From Dicyema japonicum (Eukaryota; Animalia; Dicyemida), in assembly GCA_011109175.1 (NCBI GenBank), contig RDEW01000040.1, positions 1 to 64,000 on the forward strand: 64,000 bases of DNA. The letters are read 5' to 3'. Position numbers and translations under genes: made by a program. Positions 22,545 through 35,259 of the stretch are shown piece by piece. The notes under the pieces were generated by a model that saw only the letters and a list, made by a program, of their open reading frames with translations, had not been told where the DNA came from and ran no database searches. Positions within the stretch are counted from its first letter, which is position 1. Each line of letters opens with the position of its first letter.

Positions 22545-24130
22545 TTATTATTATTATTACCCCCAGGATCACTGGGTCAAAGAGAAAGAAAAAAAGTTCT
22601 CATCTAACTAAAGTGATCCCAGACGACAAAGGTTAGGACGAGTCCGGCGGGGTCGAGAATCCTGAACAGTTCTTCTCATTGGACATGGCTTCGGCTCAAA
22701 ATTTTGTATGATTGTAGATAATTCGATAGTATTTGGAATACGAGGGCAGCTTGGTAGAACAGCCTCCTTTAATAGTTTCGTTGTAGTTCAATTAAAAAAT
22801 TTTCAATTGGTTGGATGTTGTGATCTGGTCCAATTAACCTTATTGCAGTCTCCTCGATTGCAGATAACTGCAATGTGGAAGATCGTGACATTTGCATTGC
22901 CCATGAAGGACTTGCATACGTCATTGTTGGTCGGATAAATTGTTTGTAAATCGTGGCAAGGATCCCAGTTTGATCTCTAAGTGTTTTTGAGAGCACTTTT
23001 AAAATTCTCATTTTTTCAGAGCAGAAGTTACTCTGTTTTCAACATGCCGGATAAAGGTGAGTCCCTGATCAAAGGTTACTCCCAGAATCTTCGGTGTTTT
23101 GTTAATAGAGATAGCTTCGTTCTTCATAAAGACTTTTGGTTCGATACAGAGCTGTCTCTTGTAGGTGGTAAACAGTGTGACAAAGGACTTTGCTGCTGAT
23201 GTGTCAAGTCTCCGCTTCGAGAGCCATAGTTCCAAGTTGTCGAGCATTTGTTGAGCCAACTGAGTCGCTGATTGAATGCTTCTGTTCTTGGAGGCAAGAA
23301 TGATATCGTCGGCATAGGAGAGGATTAGACAGTTTTCATTACAGGTTTGTGGCATGTCGTTTATGTAGAGATTGAAGAGTGGGGTGATAGTGGTGAGCCT
23401 TGAGGACTCCATTTGGGAAATAGCGAGATCTTGATTTGATGTTGTTGCAGAGCACTTGTGCTCGTCTTCCATTTAGGAAGTTTCCAAGCCAAAGTTTCAG
23501 GTTCGGATGGATGTTGGTTTCATATATTTTCTTTGTTAGAAGTTTCCTAGGGACTGAGTCGAACGCTTTTGTGATGTCCACGGATATAAGTACTGTCCTC
23601 TGATGGGTTTGGGGAGTTAAATCCTTCCGCAGTGAATTGTGTGAGGGTTGTAAGGTGTGTTGTTGTCGAATGGTTGTCCCGGAATCCGTGCTGGGTCGGA
23701 GGTATTGAGATTGAGTCTTGTATTTTTTCCAAAACAAGCCTTTCAAGGATCCTTGAGACCGGACTTAGAATAGATATTGGGCGATAGGAAGATGGTTTAT
23801 CTATTGGTTTGTTGGGTTTTCGGATATGTCTGATTAGAGACTTCTTCCATATTTCAGGGATTGTATTTGTGTTAATGGATAGGTTGAATATATAGGCTAA
23901 TAGTTCCAGGGCTCGATGGCCTAGGTGCTTCAGTTCACATGTGGTTATGTTGTCTGGTCCTTTGGCCTCTGAGTTGTAGGCCTTAGATATGGCTCTGCGA
24001 ACATCCTGACTAGTAAATAGGATCTAGTCATAGGAGCGTTTCGGTTCAATCTTTTTCAGGAATACTTGGTGTTCTTTTGAAAACTTCCTGTAGGATATAG
24101 ATGTGTAATATTTTATCAGAGTGTCTGGTT
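22545..24130 (-). mobile_element. Jockey-like LINE RT and 3' end with (AAT)n tail
   Basis: QHGFR, VDITKAFDSVPRK, LFNLYINDMP, LSYADDIIL, PKILGVTFD, YKQFIRPTMTYASPSW. Confidence 0.87.
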
Positions 24131-24224
24131 TTATGTAGACTTCGACTTTTCTCTTTAAATCCTTAAAGATAATTTTAATAATTTATAATAATTAAAATAA
24201 TAATGATAAATTTTAATTTCCACA

Positions 24225-26228
<2,004 letters not shown>

Positions 26229-26336
26229 CAGTTTTTGGGTTTACTTTTTTATATTGCTATCATAATTGTATTGGATAAGATTTTTAACAAAATATTTGGT
26301 TTGATTGCAAGGGTATCTTACCCCTTGAGTCCGCTG

Positions 26337-26545
26337 ATGAAAGCTCGAGGATTCAATTCGCTATCATTTTTACGAGAGAAGAGGGATGGTTGATTGGCGC
26401 ATCTACATATAGAATGTACTGAATCAATAAAACTGCAACTAGGCGACAATAGTATAAATTGGTTTATTGATTACTCACAAGCTAAACTCTTTGACTATTC
26501 AAAATCATATTTTTACTATCGGATGAAATCTATGATAAGCGATTA
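26337..26545 (+). CDS. Predicted orphan 61-aa micro-gene, one 24-nt intron (26389-26412)
   Basis: MKARGFNSLSFLREKRD|ECTESIKLQLGDNSINWFIDYSQAKLFDYSKSYFYYRMKSMISD*; intron GTTGATTGGCGCATCTACATATAG removes the only in-frame stop. Confidence 0.45.
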
Positions 26546-26557
26546 ATTAAAATAATA

Positions 26558-27378
26558 TTAAGTTAATTCTGTATAGTCTTCCACTTCAAATATAAGCTTT
26601 CCCTGTAGATAGTAAAACTCGGGAATAAAAGTGCCTATAAGTGCACCCATGACAAACACTCCCACCCACTCGCAGATGGCTCCATAATAGACAACCGTAT
26701 TACTCTAAATTAACAATATGACCAACCAAAAGACTCTTATTAACTTCCTGAAGGCAACCCACCATAGCTAGTATAAACAAATGATAAACCTATAGTGGAG
26801 CACACTGTTGCCACGACTGCTGTTAAAAGTCTCACAAGAGCATATATATTGTTTTGTTTAGTTATAAATGTCAAGTAAGTAATGACTGTGGCATATGACG
26901 ATTGGGAAACCAAAAATGTCCCAGCCCCAACATAATGAAGCCATTTTATAGAGGACTTCTAAGACAGTAATTTTTGGATCAAACCTGAACATTCGCTACA
27001 ATGAACCCTCCAAATACAATTCCCATTCCCAAAATCAAACAAGTGACGTTTAGAACATATATCTTTTTAGTCTCAACTTTGCCTGAGCATATAAAATGAC
27101 AATATCGAAGGAAAAATACCAAAAATGCTGGAAATAACAAAAAGCTTTACATAACACAGTAACAATGTTCATGAATATTGAATAATATTTATCCGAAGGG
27201 TTTAGTTCAACGATCACACTTAATATAACTTTATCCTCACTAACCTAATATAATCCACGTGGTTCTCCAAGTTGTGATTATAAATAGCAGAAATTAAGGT
27301 GGAAATGGTGACTATCGGGAATATTAGCAACACTAGGATTGGGAGGTAATGGAAATATTTTAAATTAAGTTCACCCAT
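26558..27378 (-). CDS. DRAM/TMEM150 (Frag1/DRAM/Sfk1) family membrane protein
   Basis: Spliced HVDYIS, GGFIVANVQ, WLHYVGAGTF, YGAICEWVGVF..GTFIPEF match the family pattern; micro-introns of 22-26 nt. Confidence 0.8.
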
Positions 27379-27498
27379 AAGGATAATTCAAATCGAAATA
27401 AACGCTTTGATATATATATAGCGTCGTATCAACGATAATGAAAAAATTATAAAATTAACATTAATTAATTAATCATTATAATCTCAATTTGTTATTTA

Positions 27499-27800
27499 AT
27501 GACATGTCTATGGGCGGTCTCGGAATGTGTAGCAGTCAGAGAATTCAAATCGGGAGAGATATTCACCCAAGCCATTTCTATTATCTACGCCCAGACTGCT
27601 GTCCAGTGTGACACCAATCCTGAAGAGTTCGGCACATTCTACTTCTCATTGATGGAGGTATACGGCTCACTTACATCGTATGACATTTATCGGTCAAGGT
27701 TGGAAGCACTGAACGAGGAGACCAATCATTTTGTTATCTATTTTGAGGCTGATGGGTTTGAGATCATTGATAAAAAAGCATTATCATAAAATTATTTTGA
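27499..27800 (+). CDS. Orphan ORF, probably with a 23-nt intron (27756-27778)
   Basis: ATG-led 96-codon ORF divergent from the DRAM-like gene; spliced end EADGIIIKLF*; no homology recognised. Confidence 0.35.
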
Positions 27801-28289
27801 GTTGACAGTGTCTGTCAAGGAATACATTCATGACGTTCTGTCTCATTCAATTGATTCTCAAAATTGTTATAACTATCAGGCCAGTTAACTCGGTTCACAT
27901 TTTCTTTATCTCGTCACTAATGATTACGAGGGTTTTCTTTATCACATCATTAATGATTGATGAGATTAATACATTATTAATGACCATTTCTCTCCTGTCA
28001 TTTATTTCGAAGATCAAGGTACGTTTTGTCAATCCTCACCTTTCAACTTCCGATTTTCAGACTGGATTTCGTTTTTTCCATTTGACTACTACACGCCTAT
28101 CTGCGTTATGTGGTTCTCTGTTTCTGGTAGCGCAAATTGATGAATTTACTTCACAGTCGAAAAGGACCATGTATTCCTCCCAATCCAAAAAGATTGTCCT
28201 TCTGATGACCGCCTGTCTGTTATGCCTCACCAGACTTGGTTGAAGCCCGTCAGATGCTCTCCGGTTACATAAAACCAAACCATCGGGCA

Positions 28290-28750
28290 TCAAAAGCCCT
28301 TGTCCTAATTCAAATAAACATATACGGAATAAAAGGAAAAGTTCTTGAGCTCAGGAACCTTCTAAAACAGAACTCAGACCTTTGCTTACTTCAAGACACA
28401 AGAAATTCATGTCTGACCGTCTTGGACGTTTCTTCATCATGTCAACTTACTCACGTTACAGATTTACCTAATGGAGATCCTTAAGGCTCAGTTCTTTCTT
28501 TGACTCTTTTAAACCTATATTTGTCTATCTTGTTGACTAACAAGAATACAATACTACTTTCATATGCTAATGATATTATGGTTGCCTCACGTCATCATAA
28601 TCACCATTGCTACCTTCCAGACAAACGCAATACAGGATTGGGTGCGCCTACTCAGTTTGACTCATCCGTACTGGGACTTGATCGAGATTGTCACGGAAAG
28701 GAGTCTCTCGCTACCTCTATGAAGACCAACATTTGTTCTTCATGAACCCA
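28290..28750 (+). mobile_element. Highly deleted LINE remnants (APE start and RT pieces)
   Basis: IQINIYGIKGKVLEL..LCLLQDT; LLSYANDIMV. Confidence 0.5.
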
Positions 28751-28939
28751 TATCCTCAGTTGCCCAAATCTTCTAACAATACGCGAGGGATACATGGTCC
28801 GAACAAGAAAGTCGAAGTGTTCCCTCTCGCTCAAAGTTAATCGAAAGTGGTACCCGCTCAGCCATCGGGGCACTTTCCTCAAGTGGACAGCGAAAACCGA
28901 CGCCTACAATATTTTACTGAATAGGCATCCTATGCCACC

Positions 28940-29345
28940 TCAAAACCTACGTTCAGTCCCTCTCTAGCCAGAATGAGTCCACTGATTGCATCAAAGGATG
29001 AATTTCTCACAATACGGAATTTTGCCCCTAATAGCAGTGGCTGGATCGACGGAATGAGACTTGGCCATCTGAAAGATCTGACCTCTTCATCCGTAGGAGA
29101 ACAAGGACTTCTTACGAATTCAATTACCTCACTTATGAACCGGATTATGTCTGGAGTACTTCCCTAAGTTGTCCACCACGTCCTGTTCTCCGCTAATTTG
29201 ATAGTCTTCGATAAGAAGGGCGGCGGAGTACAACCGGTTACGGTCGGGTTTGCCTTCAGGAGGTTGGTTGCTAAAATTGCCTCCACACATTCTATTCCAC
29301 TCATCACGTAATTCTTGAACCCACCTCAAGTAGGCGTCGGTGTTC
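28940..29345 (+). mobile_element. CRE-clade RT N-terminal fragment
   Basis: SSGWIDGMR..HLKDL, ANLIVFDKKGGGVQPV..FRRLVAKI. Confidence 0.7.
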
Positions 29346-29369
29346 GCTTAGGATGCGTGGCCGCTGTCC

Positions 29370-30860
29370 ATTCAACGAAGAAGGAACCTTACCACGAACT
29401 ATTCACAGATGACCAAGTCTTGGATGTGATCACCAGATTAAAGAGCTCACGGGCGTGCGGGCCTGACAAAGTATCTTCTATTCACCTAAAACACCTAAGC
29501 CACTACGCAATTGGCTACCTCACGCAATATACAACCTGTCCATTAACTATAATATTATTCCCAAGATTTGGAAGAATTCTATCATCAGACCGATATTGAA
29601 GGCTGGGAAACCAGAGACAGAACCTGCCTCCTACAGGCCTATTTCCGTTACCAGCACACTGTCAAAAATTATGGAGAAACTTGTATTATCAGTCATTATT
29701 CCGTATCTTCCATGTCCTATATTTCAACATGGTTTCCTTCGCGGTAGGTCAACCGCTACATACTTGGCAACCCTATCGCAGTTTATTGCTGACGGTTTTA
29801 ACACCCATCCCCGCCTCACAAACGCACAATCTTGGTTTCTATTGACATCAACAAAGCCTTTGACACTGTTTCGAGGAAAACCTGGTTGGAAAAATATTTT
29901 CTACTAATATTCGTCCGAATGTGAAATTATGGCTGGCCAACTTTTTGTCTGGAAGACGTGGAAGAGTAGTCAGTGGTGATCTCAGATCTAGATCACGATT
30001 ACTACCGAACGGGGTACCCCAGGGGTCTCCACTTTTACCAATTCTATTCAACCTATTCCTACACGACCTACCTAATGATGGAGACGAAGATTCCCTGCTA
30101 TTATCCTACGCAGACGATGTAGTCATTGCAATACGGAACCGCTCGACGCAAGTCGCATCCCTTAAAACTCAGACAAAATTGAACATTCTCCACGATTGGA
30201 TTGTTGGCAATCAACTTAAGATTTCTGCAGCAAAGTCCATCTGTTCCATTTTCATTTCGGACCGTCGTTTCAAGGATGAACCGAGTCTTTATTAATCCCA
30301 CTCGGATTCCAGTGACAAGTCCCCCACTGTCCTTGGAGTCAAGTACGACAGTCTACTCAATTTCAACTCCCACGCAAAGACATGATTACCAGGGGCCTCC
30401 AGAAAGTTAACGTTTACGCGCCCTTGTCCGGAGGACCACGAGGAACATGGACTTTTCCGTTTCTACCTCTACCAACAAACAATCGCGCCTGCCGTTGAGT
30501 ATGCCTCCGTTGCATGGAGATTCGCTATCGGAGTCTTGGTCCATAGAGTCAACTCGATACACCAGAAAACAATTAGTATGATTTGCCCACGTAATGGATC
30601 AACAGTCGACCCACTACTCATGGAAGATAAGATCCGTAGTCGTGGCTCCGGATTTCTTCGCGTCTGTGAGGAAGATGGAAAGCCGCTTCGCCTGATCCTT
30701 TCCATGGCAAGAGAAAACCGATTGGATAAGAAATTCTCATCCCCGATCGGATTCCTCTGCAAGACCGAGAGAAGACTCTTCCGGAAAGTAGTGGGGAAGA
30801 TGGAAGATCACAGACGTCGAATGGCACAATTGATTGAGAGGACTGGGATCACCTAACTGT
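29370..30860 (+). mobile_element. Jockey-like LINE RT and 3' end, inserted between two CRE pieces
   Basis: YRPISVTSTLSKIMEK, FQHGF, GVPQGSPLLPILFNLFLHDLP, LSYADDVVI, APAVEYASVAW. Confidence 0.87.
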
Positions 30861-30909
30861 TTGACTCTTTTGTCTTTCTTTCTCGGTGTTCCCGGGGTTA
30901 TTAAAATAT

Positions 30910-32060
30910 ATAAAAGTCAACGAGGACATTCCTAAACCGCAGTATATAAAATTACCGGGGGGCATGTCCTAGTCAAACTGAACATCAAGAACGCCTTCAA
31001 TATATTAAGGAGGGACGTATCCTGGAGGCGTGTATGGGAAGATGCCTTAATATTTTCGTATCTGGATGTATCCTCTTGACCAACATATCAGATTGGCGGT
31101 TAAAAATATGCCATTTGCAAAACAGTGAATTCCAAGGTTACCAAATCTTACTAGCAGTGAGCCCTGCTTCCATTAAGTCTCATCAAAATTAATGTTTCAG
31201 ACAATTCCGACACTGAATGAGAGTCACCGTCGATACCTCTGAGTTGGTCATGTAGTAAAAATATTGGGCCATCCTGAAGATATATGCAAGTTTTTGTATA
31301 GTAAGACTGCTCCTCAGAAGGAATAATTATGTATGTTAGTACATGTTCGGATGTTTTACTTAACTCGATGCGTTGAGTTGGTCCAGGTTAATTTGTAATC
31401 TTTCTGTAGCACTTGGATATTCCGATCACGTGAGGCCAATGAAAGACAAAACCGGTGAGGGACAATTCGAACAATAAAATATAAACGTAAAATTAAAAAA
31501 ATAATAAACGAATTTTCATCCAAATTTATTCTCTTTTGAATCAGCGTATTTTTCAATATTTTAAAAAATTGGACTCATTTTGACAAACTAGCCAACATCG
31601 CCGTGCCTGTTTGTTGTCGGGGGCGTCTTCCGAGAGCGGTGCCTGGCTCAACGCCATTCCCAATGGAGTTCTGGGTACCTTTCTGGATGATGAATGCGTC
31701 CGTATTAGGATCTCATTGGGACTGGAATTAAAACTCTGTTTTCCACATCCGTGCCGATGTGGAGACAAGATCGACTGTTTTGGCCTACACCCTCTCTCCT
31801 GCAGGAAGAGTGCAGGCAGATTTCCCAGACACATGGCCTTGAACAAAATTTTTAGGCGAGCTTTGGACGCCGCCGGACACCCCTCCATGCTCGAACCGGT
31901 TGGTCTTTGCACCGAGACGGGAAACGACCAGATGGGATGACAATCTTCCCTTTTGAAGCCTGGAAATCTCTTGTTTGAGACGCTTCTTGCACCGACACAT
32001 TTGCCTCTTGCAACCTACTCTAGTTGCGCCTGCGACGTTGGAATTCTTGAGTCGTCTAGG
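30910..32060 (+). mobile_element. CRE-clade RT C-terminus plus zinc knuckle/RLE
   Basis: [57 protein letters not shown]. Confidence 0.8.
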
Positions 32061-32418
32061 AGTGATTCCCAAACTTTTTTGAGGTGAGGCATCTTCTCTG
32101 ATTTTATAAAAATTTGAGGCACCCTAATTGTTTTTATTAATAATATCTTATATTTATGATTTTATTAAGGCAATAGAATTAAATTAATGTGTCAAGTGTA
32201 CCTGTATTTTTGCTTCAGAGACCTTTAATATCCGGGATAAATGTGGATAGTTGCAATCTTATGTCTGAGGAAGCTTCAAGCTTATTCCTGTACTTTGTTT
32301 TTGTTGAGGAATATAAGGGAAAACCGAACTCGCATAAGTAGGTAATCGAAAATGATAATAAATAAGTTATAGCTTTTTTGCCTATTTCTTGATATTTCCA
32401 ACTGCATTCAGTCCAAAA

Positions 32419-32747
32419 GCCGGGTGGCTTAGTGGTTAGGTGTCGGGCTTAAGTGGCTTAGGCTACGGGTTCGAATCTCGCTGCTGTTCACCTGGTGGAA
32501 GGTTCCACGCATCTACGATGCAGAAATGGTTTGACGAGTGACGCCGTCATCAGTGAATACTCACTGCGGAACTGGATTTGTCTAGAAAGGACCCACACAC
32601 AAGAAAAAGAAAAAAAAAGTGAAGATCATTCCTTGGTTCTACGATTAGTTAAAATTAACTGTTCTTTACTTAAATAAAGTGTGTGTCCTGCCTATGCGGA
32701 GCTATAAAATACTATGGCTCTCGTGAAAAGGCTTTATTATTATTATT
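32419..32747 (+). mobile_element. Full-length tRNA-derived (Leu-UAA-like) SINE with perfect 13-bp TSD
   Basis: A box TGGCTTAGTGG, anticodon-loop-like CTTAAG, B box GGGTTCGAATC, (TTA)n tail; ATTCAGTCCAAAA at 32406-32418 and 32748-32760. Confidence 0.93.
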
Positions 32748-33199
32748 ATTCAGTCCAAAAATGAAACAATCCCCGTTCATATTCATATTGTAATTAGGAG
32801 TTCTTAGTTAACTTAATCAACTGTTTGTATTCTTATATGGCTAAATTTACAGGTTTTGTCTTAATGTCAAAGGGATTTTTTACTCAATCATAATTATCAA
32901 TAATTTCGTGAAAATATTTTTCAAAATTTCCTTTTAATTTTTTAAATGATTGTCGATTTCTGTGTGAATTTCCGAATTTAACGAATGTTTGTTTATTACA
33001 ATAAAATTATGTAAAACAGGAAAACATTCATAGCATGCTCTGCTACACATGTTTGCCAAAATTCTAATTTTCTCGAAAAGGCAGTTAGATTGTCGCTGAA
33101 GTCAAATATTGTGAAATTTTTTTTCTGTAAAAGTAAAGAAAATTCAGTCAATTTACTGAAAATATCGGATAAATATGCTACTTGTTGCAGCCAAATGAA

Positions 33200-34010
33200 A
33201 TCGTTTAAAAATTTACAAAATTGAGATTTGAGTGAATTAAAAAAACATTAAGTTGATCTTTAATTATAAAAATCGTACTAATGTTTGTAAAACCGACGAT
33301 TCTACACACTGACAATGGAAAAGAATTTGTCAACGAAAATGAATGAATTATGTATGGACAAACAGATAAAATATGTCCGTGGTCGTGCAAGATGCCCCTG
33401 AATACAGGGTCAAGTTGAACGACTAAACAAAACATTAAAATATATGATCTATTCAACTTGTCTTTCGAACAAGTTAAATTATAAGTGGATTACGATACTG
33501 GATGAGATCACGAGTTCGTACAACTCCACGGTCCATTCAACTACGGCATATTCACCGTTCAAGCTTATGTTCGGTGATAATGCCGACGAATCGTCCAACA
33601 TTCAATACACGGAGAAAGAAATTAATTTATTATTCCATCAACTCGATACAGGTGATGATGAAGAGAAGAATGCAAGTCAGTTCGTTACTTTTTTTGGACG
33701 GAAAATGAAGTTAAAAAGAGAAAGGTTCAATAAATTTAATTGAATTTAAGGCTGTCGAGTTTTCCAATCTAGCGGAGGAAAAGATGTTAAGAAAGAGGTT
33801 GTGGATGAACGATTTAACGGTTTTCAATATTGGCGACAGGGTTGCTAGAAGAGTACGCACTGACACAAATATAAAAACTCGTAGAGGTGCTCTGAATGAG
33901 CATATGGACATCAATATTTATTACGTTAGAGAAATCTCTCCCACTGGGATGATAATTTGTGAATGCAAAGATGGAACTATTATTAAAGAAAATAGCAGAC
34001 TTGGCTAATT
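33200..34010 (+). mobile_element. rve (retroviral-like) integrase remnant of KRBA2/SCAND3/Ginger type
   Basis: LHTDNGKEFVN, RGRAR.P..QGQVERLNKTLK, SYNSTVHSTTAYSPFKLMFG; no RT or LTR nearby. Confidence 0.75.
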
Positions 34011-34319
34011 TAGATACAAAATAAATGATTTTTCGATTAAAATTAATTTGTTGTTAATAATTTAAAGTGATTACTTTTTTATTAGTCAATATTAGTATAA
34101 AAACAACATCTAATAAATATAATTTATCAGGAGTATGTAGCAGCATTTCATATATGTTTTACGAGGAGTATGTGGCAAAGTGTAGGAATTTGCGTACATA
34201 CGACGACAATCAATTTACTTTTTACTAAAGACTTTTAATAAAGTATTTCTAGAATTTGATCATAGTCGGAAATGTTTAGGGAAATTTACATTATTAGGGT
34301 TTATAGTTTTTAATTTTGG

Positions 34320-34730
34320 ATATCAATCTCTCCCACATTCCGTAGCTAGCGATCTTTTCGTTAGAATCTTTCGCCACTTTTCCAGCGTGGTGCCTAAACA
34401 TTTATAACTTTTAGAGGGAGATTGGTCGTTTAGACGTATTCAGATGACACCAATCATTTCACTCACATGCCAAATTGTGTCCCAGTTCAGTAGGATCTTT
34501 GACCAAAGACCAATCTTGGATGAATGACAAATCCGATCTCATATCTTCGAATCACTTAGTAGACATAATAATCGATAATTTTAGTGGTTCTTGTTGAGAC
34601 TGTTTGCATTCTCCGTCTCTTGTAGACAGCCAGTAGAAACATTATATCCCTCCTGGTCATCCCAAACTATCTTCCTAGAGAAGGCCTTTGATATACCTCC
34701 AGTATTTAATGTAAGGAGCTTCAGAGGAAA
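34320..34730 (-). mobile_element. RTE APE-domain fragment
   Basis: LLTLNTGG..GCLQETE pattern like the 9905 ORF. Confidence 0.6.
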
Positions 34731-35259
34731 AAATTTTTCTTGTATCTTCTAATTTCTAGATTGTTAGCCTATCAAAAAACGAGGCACGTGATCAATATTC
34801 ATATTGGGTCAACTTTAAAATTTTGTAGGCATGTGTTGCATTTTCCAGAATATGTAAAGAGTTAACGTTAAGCCTATTATGAGTACTGAATCCTCAAACT
34901 TAGTTTATTTATTTGAGGAAGGTTACGAGGAGATAACTTCCCTTTCGTGGAGATTAATCCCTGACTCCAGAACTAACCGCGACAAAAATCAAGCCTGTGA
35001 AATTTCAACCAAATATTATAATACTACGTTAGTTTGATGAATCTCACACTCGTCCCTCTTCAAGACAGACATATCCAAATTTCCCCAATTTAGGCCAGGT
35101 GGAATTCGAACCCATATACACTTGAATACTTTTTTATTTCTAAACTTGGAGTTTTCTATGTCCCTCGGCTCCATTAAGAAGGGGGACGTTAGGTTATATC
35201 TACCTTGCTGGGACGAAGACATTGAGCGTACCAGAACTTCTTAATCAGCTTGACTATGC

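Noticed and set aside
26391-26393. In-frame TGA as selenocysteine
   Set aside because: It falls inside a canonical 24-nt GT-AG intron candidate, and there is no downstream SECIS or redox motif.
32419-32490. Functional tRNA-Leu gene
   Set aside because: Anticodon stem 3' strand is missing, the acceptor stem is unpaired, and it continues into a SINE body flanked by TSDs.
32530-32570. CTGATGA on the SINE antisense strand as a hammerhead or C box
   Set aside because: No GAAA after a stem II and no matching D box or terminal stem.
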